DNA of 64,000 bases. Origin: Candidatus Bathyarchaeota archaeon (GTDB taxonomy: Archaea > Thermoproteota > Bathyarchaeia > Bathyarchaeales > Bathycorpusculaceae). The stretch lies in NCBI GenBank assembly GCA_963717465.1, contig OY970340.1, positions 1,312,001 to 1,376,000 of the forward strand, given 5' to 3'. The position numbers and the translations under genes were made by a program. The notes beneath the pieces were generated by a model. The model made no database searches and was not told the DNA's origin. It was given only the letters and a program-made list of their open reading frames with translations. This document shows, piece by piece, positions 10,422-20,798 of the stretch (the stretch's first letter is position 1; every line of letters starts with the position of its first letter).

Positions 10422-12116
10422 ATGCCAGAACATTTTATTGAATTAGCGAAATTGCTGGAAAGAATTGAAACTACAAAAAAACGGTTGGAAATTATAGATT
10501 TAACTGCTAACTTCCTTAAGACGTTGAGCTCAGACGAAGTTGAGCCTGCAATTTCAATGATGGTTGGAAGGTCATTTCCAAAGTGGAGCCAGAAAACGCT
10601 TGATGTAAACTGGTCGACTCTTACCCGCATTCTTCAAAATATAACGCGTTTTAACTGGGACCTCTTTAGGGAAGCGTTCAGCAGGACAGGTGATGTTGGT
10701 TCTGCGACAAAGGCTGTTCTTGAGGAAAGTGCAGTTAAACGGCAAGTTTTGCTGGTAGAGAAATCCTTGACTATACTGGAAGTTAGACGCCTGCTTGAAG
10801 CCATTGCTCAAGCTTCAGGTTCCGGCTCAAGAGAAAGAAAAAACCGGCTGATTACTGTGCTTTTAAGCCAGGCTAAACCGGTTGAAGCAAAATTTCTCAT
10901 TAAAATCCTCACGGGAGAAATGCGTACGGGTTTACATGAGGGTTTAATGGAGCAAGCAGTTGCCTCAGCCTTTTGGGTTCCCTTGCATCTAGTGCAGCGC
11001 GCAGGAATGATTGCCGGTGATATCGGCGAAGTAGCAGCAATAATTAAGGCGAAGGGAAGTGAAGGCTTAGAGAACATTGGCTTTAGAGTTTTTAGACCTG
11101 TAAAACTGATGCTTGCCCAAACAGCAAAGGACGTTCAAGAAGCGTTAAATGTGCAAAGTGGCAAGACAGCGTTTGAATACAAGATTGATGGCGCAAGAAT
11201 CCAAATCCACAAACAGACCAGCGAAGTGAAGATTTTTAGTCGAAGACTAACCGATGTAACTGAGAGTTTGCCAGAAATAGTTGAAAATGTAAAAGGCAAC
11301 GTTACTGCGGACTCTGTTATTATGGAGGGTGAAGTCGTGGCTTTAGACAGTGCAGGTTATCCGATTGCTTTTCAACATTTAATGCGCCGCTTCAAACGAG
11401 TCCGCGACGTAAGTCAAATGGCAAAAGAAATGCCCCTGACGCTTTACTTGTTTGATATTCTCTATTTAAACGGTGAAAGTCTAATTGGGCTGCCGTACTT
11501 GCAGCGTCGGCAAATTCTTGCTCAAAACGCGAAAGAAATCCCCTTGACAAAGCAGGTTATTACTGACCAGGTTGAGCAGGCAGCAAGTTTTCTTAATGAA
11601 GCCCTTGAAGCTGGGCATGAAGGTTTAATGGCTAAAAAGCTTGATAGTCCTTATACTCCTGGAAGTCGAGGAAAGAAATGGTTGAAAATCAAGACTGTTC
11701 TTGAACCATTGGACCTTGTTATTACAGCTGCTGAATATGGTTATGGGCGAAGAAAGGACTGGTTGTCAGATTATTATTTGTCTGCAAGAGAACCAGAAAC
11801 AGGTGGTTTTTTAACTGTGGGCAAAACTTTCAAGGGATTAACTGACGCTGAAATGATTCAAATGACTAAACAGCTCAAAGAGAATGCTCTTGGGCAAGAG
11901 GGGCATCGCGTGGATGTTCTTCCAAAGATTGTTGTCGAAGTACTATATAATGAAATTCAGAAAAGCCCAAAATACAAAAGCGAAATGGCGCTTAGATTTG
12001 CAAGAATAAGCCGAATAAGAGAGGACAAAACCCCTGAGGAATCAGACTCAATCAACAAAGTTAAGGAAATATTTGAAAAACAATTTAGGGTTAAAGGCAA
12101 ATACAAAACCAACTAA
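10422..12116 (+). CDS. lig: ATP-dependent DNA ligase
   Basis: EYKIDGARIQIH (KxDG), EGEVV, FDILY, EGLMAK, WLKIK, LRFARISRIREDK. Confidence 0.97.
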   Translation: MPEHFIELAKLLERIETTKKRLEIIDLTANFLKTLSSDEVEPAISMMVGRSFPKWSQKTLDVNWSTLTRILQNITRFNWDLFREAFSRTGDVGSATKAVLEESAVKRQVLLVEKSLTILEVRRLLEAIAQASGSGSRERKNRLITVLLSQAKPVEAKFLIKILTGEMRTGLHEGLMEQAVASAFWVPLHLVQRAGMIAGDIGEVAAIIKAKGSEGLENIGFRVFRPVKLMLAQTAKDVQEALNVQSGKTAFEYKIDGARIQIHKQTSEVKIFSRRLTDVTESLPEIVENVKGNVTADSVIMEGEVVALDSAGYPIAFQHLMRRFKRVRDVSQMAKEMPLTLYLFDILYLNGESLIGLPYLQRRQILAQNAKEIPLTKQVITDQVEQAASFLNEALEAGHEGLMAKKLDSPYTPGSRGKKWLKIKTVLEPLDLVITAAEYGYGRRKDWLSDYYLSAREPETGGFLTVGKTFKGLTDAEMIQMTKQLKENALGQEGHRVDVLPKIVVEVLYNEIQKSPKYKSEMALRFARISRIREDKTPEESDSINKVKEIFEKQFRVKGKYKTN

Positions 12117-12266
12117 CCCTCACTTTTTAAAAACCTTATTGCTTAAAATTCCTAAGAACTAAAAGAGAAAACTGGCTTTCAAAAATCCTGAAAAAAATAA
12201 GTATAGGCAAGCAAAGACCAACTAGCTTGATGTCTCTGCTATCGCCAATAATGAAAGGTTCAAGCT

Positions 12267-12785
12267 TTATGTGGCAAGCATTTTTATTATTTTCTGAACT
12301 TCTGCAACTTCAGTTCTGAGATCATCTTCAGACGTGATTCCTTGGGCAATCAGTGTTTTTGCGTGAGCTTCAAGATAACTCATCTTAGGATTTTTACGCA
12401 TGAGGTCGACTTCAATCTTCTCGTGTTTAATAACCCAAGCAATGCCGTAAGGATCAAGTTGCTTGTTGATAATGATTGTGTCTTTAGGATATGGAAAGTC
12501 AACTGTGTGTCGCTTCTTATTAAGCCACTTCGCCGCATACCAATTCATTCCGTCATAACCCGAGCCGCCTTTCTCTTCGATTCTTGAATCAACCAAAATT
12601 ACCTTCAACTTCAAGGACTTAGGAACAACAGATCGCTTCTTCATGCTTGGACGAATAATCTTTTTTGGCTTCAGCTGCGCTTCAGACTTAGAGACTGAGA
12701 TGACTTTGCCATTCTCGTTATTGAACAAATCAACAGTAATTTTGCTTTCTTCTCTCAGAGTCGAGGTAAGTGCAAAGTTGCTCAT
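12267..12785 (-). CDS. Hypothetical protein with HExxE...YxxAH motif
   Basis: 172-aa ORF; KHEKIEVDLM...SYLEAH. Confidence 0.55.
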   Translation of the reverse strand: MSNFALTSTLREESKITVDLFNNENGKVISVSKSEAQLKPKKIIRPSMKKRSVVPKSLKLKVILVDSRIEEKGGSGYDGMNWYAAKWLNKKRHTVDFPYPKDTIIINKQLDPYGIAWVIKHEKIEVDLMRKNPKMSYLEAHAKTLIAQGITSEDDLRTEVAEVQKIIKMLAT

Positions 12786-13161
12786 GCCACTTATATCAAT
12801 GCAAGCTGCACGCTTCTTTGTTTCAGTGTACGTCGTAGTAATAATTCCTCAGTATTTCTTTCTCCCAACAGCATGTAAAGCATTTATGAATCTTTAATCA
12901 GAAGCGTCAAACATTAACTATCATCAAACTATTAAGTCATGCGGCAATAGCAATAGCACTAGCAGAATTATTATTGAGACCTCTGCAACGGACAATGAAT
13001 TTCCGGAAACCGCTAAAACAACTCTTAACATAAATTGCATTTTTCGTGTTTCCAAGCTGAATAGTTTCGTCACTTAAGTGGTCGCAATTGTGAACACTTC
13101 AAGTTTATTAAAACACTTAGAACGTATTTTGTGACAGAAGTCGTGCGTGCTCTAAAAATAA

Positions 13162-14025
13162 TTGGAGAAGGTGAATAGAATGAAGTTTGATCCGAATATA
13201 TTAAACGTTAATCCGCTGTTTGCTTTGAACGAGTATATGCCCACGTATGGGGATGAATCGTTCTTTGCTGGTAATGCGGAAGAATATGTTTTGCTGTTTC
13301 TGTCTGATCGTGATGCTCTTCAAGCGGCATTACCTGAGCCTATGTTTAAAGTGGGTGAAAAACCCATTGTGAAGGTGGGGTTTACGTGGTTGAATAATTC
13401 TGCTGAGCTGGAGGGTGTTGGTGAGTATGGGATTTCCGTAGTCTTCGCCTCTGCACGGTTTGATGGGGAAAAAGATCACTTTGAAGGCGACTTTGCTTTA
13501 ATGATGCCTGAGACTAATAATTATGCTGTTGTTCATGGTCGCGAAATGTCTGGTGATGCCAAATTCTTTGTCCATATGCCTAGGCCTTACTCAACGGGTA
13601 GTAATGGCCATATGCGATGTGAGACTCGAGTGTGGAACTATGAGAATAACGCGGCAGAGTGGAAAACTTTGTATGGCGTTGATTTTGAACCAATGAAGGA
13701 ATGTGATAAAGCTGCCAAAGAAGAAATTTCAAAAATGGTTAATTCAGGACACCAGTTCACCTGGAAGGTGATATCATCCGTCGAAGGTGGCATTGAATTT
13801 GCGCATGCATATCGTTATAATTTAACGAGGAAAATAGAGCAATGCTGGCAGGGCAAATCGGGGGAATTATACCTCGGCGACATACCTAATAGAAGCTTGG
13901 TCTTGGAGCGTCACGTGATTGATGCCTTAAAGAAGCTGCCCGTGCGTGAAGTAATCGGGACATTACACTGGCGTGGCTCACTTGAGGCTATTTATGCGAG
14001 CAATCAAGGCGCTAAAATGAAGTAG
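13162..14025 (+). CDS. Acetoacetate decarboxylase-like family protein
   Basis: LQAALPEP, GREMSGDAKF (cf. GRExxGxPK). Confidence 0.75.
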   Translation: MEKVNRMKFDPNILNVNPLFALNEYMPTYGDESFFAGNAEEYVLLFLSDRDALQAALPEPMFKVGEKPIVKVGFTWLNNSAELEGVGEYGISVVFASARFDGEKDHFEGDFALMMPETNNYAVVHGREMSGDAKFFVHMPRPYSTGSNGHMRCETRVWNYENNAAEWKTLYGVDFEPMKECDKAAKEEISKMVNSGHQFTWKVISSVEGGIEFAHAYRYNLTRKIEQCWQGKSGELYLGDIPNRSLVLERHVIDALKKLPVREVIGTLHWRGSLEAIYASNQGAKMK

Positions 14026-14506
14026 CTATCAGATCAAACTGCAAATGTCGTATAGCAGTTGAGTTATCAATAAGATGACCCTCCTCATTTCTTTAAAATA
14101 AAGAGCATTATTTTATTTAGTGAATGAATGAAAGTTTTAATGTTTTTTCCAAACGTTGATTTTTGTTAAAAAATATTTGAGTGCAGTTTGCCCTGATTTT
14201 TAGGTGTGATGAGCGCACATGAATTGGTGGCACCTTTGAACCAATCGAGGATTACTGGTCATCTATTTTTTTTTGGATTAATATCCAATTTCTTTCCGCT
14301 GATTTTCTGCCTAGCCGACACACTTGTTTCTTTGCAACCACTATCCTCTAACCTTCTTTCTCTCTCCATCTCTTCTTCTATGGCCCTATTTTATCTGATA
14401 CAATTAAAGAAAACAAATAATGATAAATAGCATAAATGAAAATTATTGTTAATTGAAAAAATTGATATTTATACACGCGCAGATTGTGCAACAGAAGAGT
14501 TAACGT

Positions 14507-16189
14507 ATGCAGCATGATATGTCTGAAAATGGGAACGCTTGCAAGTGGGATGCTGAAGCTGATGTTATAGTGGTTGGTTTTGGTGCTTCAGGTGCAGCTG
14601 CAGCTTTAGAGGCTGCTCAGCAAGGAGCCTCAGTCTTAATAGTGGATCGTTTTCATGGTGGTGGAGCTACAGCAGCCAGTGGCGGAGTCGTCTACGCAGG
14701 TGGAGGAACAAAATATCAGAAAGCCGTGGGGTACGAGGATACTCCAGAGGAGATGTATCGCTATCTTAGACAAGAGATAAGCGACGCTGTATCAGACGAG
14801 ACACTGCGGCTATTCTGCGAACAATCAGCGGGCAATATTGCCTGGTTGGAACAAGCAGGAGTCCCTTTCGAAGCTTCCCTATGTCCCTTTAAGACTTCTT
14901 ATCCTACAGACAAGTACTTCCTTTACTTCTCAGGCAACGAAAAATACAGCCGCTACAAAGCAAATGCGAAGCCAGCACCACGCGGTCACCGAACCAGAGG
15001 AAAAGGCATTTCGGGCCTCGCACTCTTCCATGCACTGCAAAAAGCAGTACGCAGGCAGAGTGTTCAGGTTCGTTCTCAGACGCGGGTGGACCGGTTAATC
15101 TTCGATGATGACGGACAAGTAATAGGCGTAGAAGGAATATCTATTCCGCCTGGCCTTACAGCACGTCTGCACGGTGGAATCTCCTACGTCAATTCCAAGT
15201 TGACCACTTATTTACCGCCCCTGGCCATGCTGCTTCACGACATAGATAAGTTGCTCCTCAGATTGAAGGCCAAACCCTATCGCGCTAGGGCTCACAAAGC
15301 CATCATTTTAGCAGCTGGAGGCTTCATCTTTAATAAGCAAATGGTAAAAGAGTACGCTCCAATTTACTTGAATTGTTTGCCTCTGGGCACCTACGGCGAT
15401 AACGGTGCAGGCATCCGGTTGGGAGTAAGCGCGGGCGGAGTTACGTCACACATGAACAAGATTAGCGCCTGGCGATTCTATGTACCTCCAGAAGCAATGA
15501 TGCAAGGTGTACTGATCGACAAAAACGCTCAACGCATATGCAGTGAAGACCTCTATGGCGCAAAGCAAGGAGACTTTATCGCAGCGGTTGGCGGAGAAGC
15601 TTACCTGATTTTTGACAGCAAAACCTACAAGGAAGCCGTAGGAAAAATACGCGAGCAGTGCGCCTTGTTCCAGAAAATAACTATGATACCCCTGCTACTC
15701 GTAACCCGCAAGAAAGCCAAATCCTTCGTGAAACTGGCAGCCAAAATCAAAGTGCCACTGGGCGCTCTGGAACAAACAATGTCCGAATACAACACCACTG
15801 CTAGTAAGCACGAAACCGATCCGTTGGGCAAGATCGAGAAGCGCTTCGTGCCTCAGGATAAGCCGCCGTTTTATGCCATTGATTGCTCCTTCAAATCCAA
15901 GAGCGGAATACCTACCGCGTCGCTAACGTTAGGTGGCCTTGTCATTAACGAGAAGACTAGCCAAGTCGTGCGTCAAGACGGCTCATCCATTGATGGTCTC
16001 TACGCCGTAGGGCGTAACGCCGTGGGAATCACCAGCGACGGCTACTTTGCCAGCGGCAGCTCAATTGCAGACTGCATATTTTCTGGTCGACGCGCTGGTA
16101 AACACGCAGCTAGCATCCAAGCATCAACAAAAACTTTGAATGGGCGGATGGAGTTAAAGACAAATATAAACTCAATTAACACTCAATAA
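14507..16189 (+). CDS. FAD-dependent oxidoreductase, 3-ketosteroid Delta4-(5alpha)-dehydrogenase-like (fumarate reductase flavoprotein superfamily)
   Basis: WDAEADVIVVGFGASG, GGATAASGGVVYAGGGT, YFSGNE, TLGGL, GLYAVGR, SGSSIADCIFSGRRAG. Confidence 0.8.
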   Translation: MQHDMSENGNACKWDAEADVIVVGFGASGAAAALEAAQQGASVLIVDRFHGGGATAASGGVVYAGGGTKYQKAVGYEDTPEEMYRYLRQEISDAVSDETLRLFCEQSAGNIAWLEQAGVPFEASLCPFKTSYPTDKYFLYFSGNEKYSRYKANAKPAPRGHRTRGKGISGLALFHALQKAVRRQSVQVRSQTRVDRLIFDDDGQVIGVEGISIPPGLTARLHGGISYVNSKLTTYLPPLAMLLHDIDKLLLRLKAKPYRARAHKAIILAAGGFIFNKQMVKEYAPIYLNCLPLGTYGDNGAGIRLGVSAGGVTSHMNKISAWRFYVPPEAMMQGVLIDKNAQRICSEDLYGAKQGDFIAAVGGEAYLIFDSKTYKEAVGKIREQCALFQKITMIPLLLVTRKKAKSFVKLAAKIKVPLGALEQTMSEYNTTASKHETDPLGKIEKRFVPQDKPPFYAIDCSFKSKSGIPTASLTLGGLVINEKTSQVVRQDGSSIDGLYAVGRNAVGITSDGYFASGSSIADCIFSGRRAGKHAASIQASTKTLNGRMELKTNINSINTQ

Positions 16190-16209
16190 GTTGGGGGCTC
16201 ACCTGAAAA

Positions 16210-17250
16210 GTGAATGCAGCAGAAAAAGAAGCGTTCGCTTCACAATACTACAGTAGGCAAATCACCCTAAAAGAACTAGGCGAAAAAGGACAAAAGCGAC
16301 TATCAGAGTCTAAGGTTGCTGTTGTCGGCGTAGGTGGATTAGGCACAATTTCTTCGCTTTACCTTGCTTTGTCAGGTGTAGGGTACATGCGTTTAATCGA
16401 CCAAGACACTATCGAAACCAAAAACCTTCACAGACAAATCCTATACTCTGCAGCAGATGTGAATTATCCCAAAGCAGAAATCGCACAGAAACGTTTAGAG
16501 CAGCTTAACCCGCTAATAAAAATTGAAGCCGTAACAGAAAACGTACACGCAAGCAATGCTGAACGTCTGCTTAAAGGAGTGGACTGCGTTGTCGATGGAT
16601 TAGATAACATGATGACTCGTTACCTCATTAACCGTGCATGCGTAAGACTAAAAATTCCATATGTTTTCGGCGCGGCTATCGGCATCGAGGGGAACTTATC
16701 TGTTTTTTCTCCGCCTCAAACAGGCTGCCTTGAATGCCTCATGCCTAATTTATCCGACAATAACATGCAGACTTGCAGTACCCGTGGCGTTATAGGAGCA
16801 GCTCCAGGAATAATCGGTTCCATGCAAGCAATGGAAACCATAAAAGTCCTCACAGGCATGGGTTCACCCCTAAAAGGTAAACTCATGGTCTGCGACTTCA
16901 GCGACATGTACTTTACAACAGTTGATATTTCAAGAAACTCCAAATGCCCCGTCTGCCACGGCGACTTATCTTCGCTTGGAGGTCAAGAAAAACTGGCTTG
17001 GCTTTGCGGCAGAGACACGGCAAACATAAACCCTGAAAAACCATTAAACCTAACCCTTGACGCCATCTACCCAATCGTTAGCAAACAGTTTAGTGTCCGC
17101 TTGAAATCGCGTTTAGCGCTATTGTTTGAATACAAAACCTTTGAAGTTAGCCTCTTTAACGGGGGACGCATGCTAATAAAAAATGTTAAAGATGAAAAAA
17201 CAGCTTTAGAAGCTTATCATGAAATACTTAAAAAACTGAATCAGGAATAA
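16210..17250 (+). CDS. moeB: HesA/MoeB/ThiF E1-like adenylyltransferase
   Basis: YSRQI, GVGGLG, NLHRQ, CLEC, active-site TC, CPVC, LCGRD tail. Confidence 0.88.
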   Translation: MNAAEKEAFASQYYSRQITLKELGEKGQKRLSESKVAVVGVGGLGTISSLYLALSGVGYMRLIDQDTIETKNLHRQILYSAADVNYPKAEIAQKRLEQLNPLIKIEAVTENVHASNAERLLKGVDCVVDGLDNMMTRYLINRACVRLKIPYVFGAAIGIEGNLSVFSPPQTGCLECLMPNLSDNNMQTCSTRGVIGAAPGIIGSMQAMETIKVLTGMGSPLKGKLMVCDFSDMYFTTVDISRNSKCPVCHGDLSSLGGQEKLAWLCGRDTANINPEKPLNLTLDAIYPIVSKQFSVRLKSRLALLFEYKTFEVSLFNGGRMLIKNVKDEKTALEAYHEILKKLNQE

Positions 17251-17267
17251 ATGTCGGTATCAGGCAG

Positions 17268-18770
17268 TTGATGAACTTGCAGAACATAGACCCAATTTAT
17301 TTCTTAACCCCAATTATCGTGATAGGATTTAGCGCTGGTTTAGTCGTTTACTGGCACGTAAAAAGAAGATTTACTCTTTGGGTGCTGCTTCTATCCCTTC
17401 TTGCCTACGCAGGCGCAATAATCACTAAAGAAGTCTTCCAGTATTTCACGCTTGTACCTTTCGAATCGGCAGTCGGAGGAAATACTGCAGCTCTCGGCAT
17501 CTACTTTGGTTTGCAGACCGTGATCTTCGAAGTCGGAGGCGCATTTCTCGTAGCTTGGTACGCTTTCTCTCACGGCAAGATTAAAGCTAACGATGCCGAA
17601 GGCTATGGCATAGGACTTGCGTTTTGGGAAAACGCCGTCCTAATAGGTGGATTTTCGCTTCTTCTTCCATACATCATCTACTACGCTACATTATCAGGAG
17701 GAGGATCAGCAGCGCAACTACTCTTCTCCTCTTTGTCTAATGCAGCCCCTGTGCTCTTCTATTCTCCTTCTAGTGCCTTACCCATAATCGGCTTCTCAAT
17801 ACTGGAAAGAGTGTCGTCTCTTCTTGTTCACTTTTCATGGGGATTCCTCTGTGTACTCGCAGTAGCATACAGGAAGAAACTTTTTCTGTGGTTAGCTTTG
17901 CCTATGGGGTTCATTGATTTTCTGGTACCGTATGCCAGCATTCTCGGCGTTCAAGTCTTTGAGACGCTTATCTTTGGATTAAGCTTGTTATGCCTTTTGG
18001 TAGCTTTAGGATTCACAAAGATGACAAGGAAAAATGTCTTGCCAACTTCCTCTTCGATTGAAGGATCCAGCAGGTCTAAATCCCTTTTCCGGACAAACTT
18101 CAAGCGGGCTATAAGCTATGGTGCGGTCTACCTTGGCACTGGCCTCGTGATCTCCATCCTTTTCGGAGGCATCTTTAGTAGTATCGCATCGGTCGGTGGG
18201 TCGGTTCCATTGGCTATATTGGAAGAGTTTCCGCTTATGCTCCCAATGTTTGTTGTCATAGGCTGCTTAGGAGGTTTGATGATCTTTGTGAGCGATAGAA
18301 GCAAGGGAGTGTACGAGTATTTGATTGCTTATGGCGTTAGCACTTACGAGATTTTCTGGTCGACTGTACAGGTCACACTTGGTCTGGTAACCATAATCCT
18401 TGCAAGTTCAATCGCTGCAAATATGGTTATGTCACTTCTGATAGGAGGATCAATACAACCAGTCATGATTGAGTTGTTGCTGATCTATACGATACCGCTT
18501 AGCTATGCTGGTGCAGCATTCATGAGTATGGCTTCTATGCTCTGGTCGTCCCTGACAGTCAGGATGGTGGGAGTTAATAGTCCAGTCGGCTTAGCCCCAA
18601 TCTTGGGGATTGTGCCTGTGCTTGCAGTTTATTTTCTAGCATTGTTTGACTCAAGCGATTTCTTGCTAATTACAGTTGGTGCGACTTTAATCTTAGTAGC
18701 GTTGGTTATCGTAATGATGGTAGTGGCGAACAAGAAGATGAGTAGAGAGAGGTTGCTGTCAGATGCTTGA
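17268..18770 (+). CDS. Polytopic membrane protein: YhfC/PrsW-like intramembrane protease domain fused to an ABC-2-type permease
   Basis: IFEVG, GIGLAFWEN, ERVSSLLVH; C-half DRSKGVYEYLIAYGV; overlaps the ABC ATPase. Confidence 0.6.
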   Translation: MMNLQNIDPIYFLTPIIVIGFSAGLVVYWHVKRRFTLWVLLLSLLAYAGAIITKEVFQYFTLVPFESAVGGNTAALGIYFGLQTVIFEVGGAFLVAWYAFSHGKIKANDAEGYGIGLAFWENAVLIGGFSLLLPYIIYYATLSGGGSAAQLLFSSLSNAAPVLFYSPSSALPIIGFSILERVSSLLVHFSWGFLCVLAVAYRKKLFLWLALPMGFIDFLVPYASILGVQVFETLIFGLSLLCLLVALGFTKMTRKNVLPTSSSIEGSSRSKSLFRTNFKRAISYGAVYLGTGLVISILFGGIFSSIASVGGSVPLAILEEFPLMLPMFVVIGCLGGLMIFVSDRSKGVYEYLIAYGVSTYEIFWSTVQVTLGLVTIILASSIAANMVMSLLIGGSIQPVMIELLLIYTIPLSYAGAAFMSMASMLWSSLTVRMVGVNSPVGLAPILGIVPVLAVYFLALFDSSDFLLITVGATLILVALVIVMMVVANKKMSRERLLSDA

Positions 18771-19671
18771 GCGGCAGAATGGTGCAGAGAAAATAGTTGA
18801 TAAGCGATTGTCCCAAACTGAATCGTTGCCTGTTGTGCTGCTGGATTCAGTTAGCTCAGGTTACTTTGGAAGAAAAGTGTTAGATGGCATCTCTTTTCGT
18901 ATAGACGAGCCAGCAGTGTACGTTGTCTTGGGACCCAATGGAGCTGGAAAGACAACACTGTTCAGGACGCTCGCAGGCATACTAAAGCCGTACACGGGTA
19001 GGATAGAGATAGGCGGATATCCGAGCGAGTCAAAAGAAGCAAGAGAACAGCTTGATTACATCACACACATAGACGGGATACCTGAGGGCATGAACGTCAT
19101 CAATGCCCTGAGATTTTACGCGAATATAGAAGGAGCCACGGAGGCAGACGTGAGCAGAGTGATTGAGCTACTTGAACTCAGAGATCTCAGCGCCAAGCGT
19201 TATGGTCAGCTTAGTCAGGGTCAGAAGAAGAGGGTGTCTGTAGCCAGAATTTTTCTCAAGGAGAAGAAGGTTTACTTGCTGGATGAACCCACGAGCAATT
19301 TGGATCCGAAAATGGCAAGGGAGATAAGGGAACTAATATTGGGACTCAGCAAGGATAAGGTTGTCCTTTACTCGTCTCACAACCTCTTTGAGGCACGCGA
19401 AATTGGTTCCAGGGTAATTGTGATCAAGAAGGGAAAGCTTGCCCTATTCGGTAAGATATCAGAGATTAAAACAGAGAAGTATACGATTGGGATACGTATT
19501 CTCGGCGTGCAAGATGTGGCCGGCTCCATAGGGAAAGAAGGAGACTATCACCTATTTGAGTTACAGGGACCTGAGGAAGTTCCTAGTTTAATCGCCGAGC
19601 TGTCAGGAAAAGGTGTGCAGATTCGAGAAGTTAAAGAAATGCAGAATCCTCTGGAAGAATTGTTTAAATGA
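18763..19671 (+). CDS. ABC transporter ATP-binding protein
   Basis: GPNGAGKTT, LSQGQ, LLDEPT, SSH. Confidence 0.95.
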   Translation: MLERQNGAEKIVDKRLSQTESLPVVLLDSVSSGYFGRKVLDGISFRIDEPAVYVVLGPNGAGKTTLFRTLAGILKPYTGRIEIGGYPSESKEAREQLDYITHIDGIPEGMNVINALRFYANIEGATEADVSRVIELLELRDLSAKRYGQLSQGQKKRVSVARIFLKEKKVYLLDEPTSNLDPKMAREIRELILGLSKDKVVLYSSHNLFEAREIGSRVIVIKKGKLALFGKISEIKTEKYTIGIRILGVQDVAGSIGKEGDYHLFELQGPEEVPSLIAELSGKGVQIREVKEMQNPLEELFK

Positions 19672-19704
19672 GCAAAATGCACGAATGAGTTCGTTCGGCT
19701 ATGT

Positions 19705-20355
19705 TTATGTTCCTTTCTGCTGCTGGACCGTTTCGTAATCTTTTCGTCGGCGTTTAGCTCCACAATTTGGGCATGTCACGTTCCCCATGCCCGGAATGGC
19801 TGAACCAAAACCCATTACCTTTTCGTCCATGGCTGGAGCTTTAAAGACTTGACCGCAGTCAGGACACTTGAGTTGCTTACCGCGGTTGCGCAATACCAGT
19901 ACCACAATGACAACAACAATTACAATTACAATCACCACTGACACTATTGTCAGCAAGTTTGCCCAAGCAGGAGTTTCAACAAAAATCTGGCTCAAAGTAG
20001 CAGTTGCTTGCTGACCAGACGAATCATAAGCTACTGCTGTAATGTTGTATTCCCCAAGTGCATAGCTGTTTGTGTTGAAACTCCAACTAAAAGGCGACGA
20101 TGTATCGTTATCTTGCAAAGTGCCGTTCAGGTAGAATTCGACACGAGTCACATCGCTTGAAACCTGGGCGTTGAGGGTAAATTGCCCGTTTATATCAGAG
20201 CCAAGGCTATATCCATCAATTCTGTTAAGAGTTAACGATATGGTTGGCGTTGCAGAAACTTGAGAAGCAAAGAAGCAATACGCTAAAAAAGTCAGCAAAA
20301 TTACCAATGCAAAGACTGGTTTTAGTTGTTTTGGGAGTCGCTGTTTTTTTGGCAA
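19705..20355 (-). CDS. Membrane-anchored Ig-like domain protein with cytoplasmic Zn ribbon
   Basis: Signal peptide, VTRVEFYLNG...PFSWSFNT...YNITAVAYD, TM helix, CPDC/CPNC. Confidence 0.75.
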   Translation of the reverse strand: MPKKQRLPKQLKPVFALVILLTFLAYCFFASQVSATPTISLTLNRIDGYSLGSDINGQFTLNAQVSSDVTRVEFYLNGTLQDNDTSSPFSWSFNTNSYALGEYNITAVAYDSSGQQATATLSQIFVETPAWANLLTIVSVVIVIVIVVVIVVLVLRNRGKQLKCPDCGQVFKAPAMDEKVMGFGSAIPGMGNVTCPNCGAKRRRKDYETVQQQKGT

Positions 20356-20798
20356 TAAACTTCCTCCAGCTAAATCTGTTATTTAGATTCAGAGTTTCTT
20401 AAAAATATTCTTATCATAAAGAAAAATCTTGTTTTTCTCTATCTAAGATAGAAAAACTGTCCTAACTTAAACCAAAGATTCATCGATTTTTAAGAAATAA
20501 CTGCAGGGTTCATTTTTGGACTATAATTAAGATCAAAAAAAGCTACTCATAGAAAAGTCAAACATTTCCTGAGTTGGAGTATAAAAAGTATCATTTTTCG
20601 GGGTCTTGTTTAGAATAGTTTTAACCTAGGCTTAATTCGATCCATAACACATGCGCGATTAAGCCAAAAAGAGACTTTTTATTCAAGCATTATTTTTTGC
20701 ATTTAAATTGTTAATGGAATGCCTGTTTTTGTTTTGGGATGGATTTGGGTATAATTCTGAAAAAGTTATTTAAGCTTTTTTGAAAAAGTTAAACCGGC

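Noticed and set aside
14206..14430. 74-aa ORF between the ADC and flavoprotein genes
   Set aside because: Low-complexity pyrimidine-rich sequence with no recognisable motif
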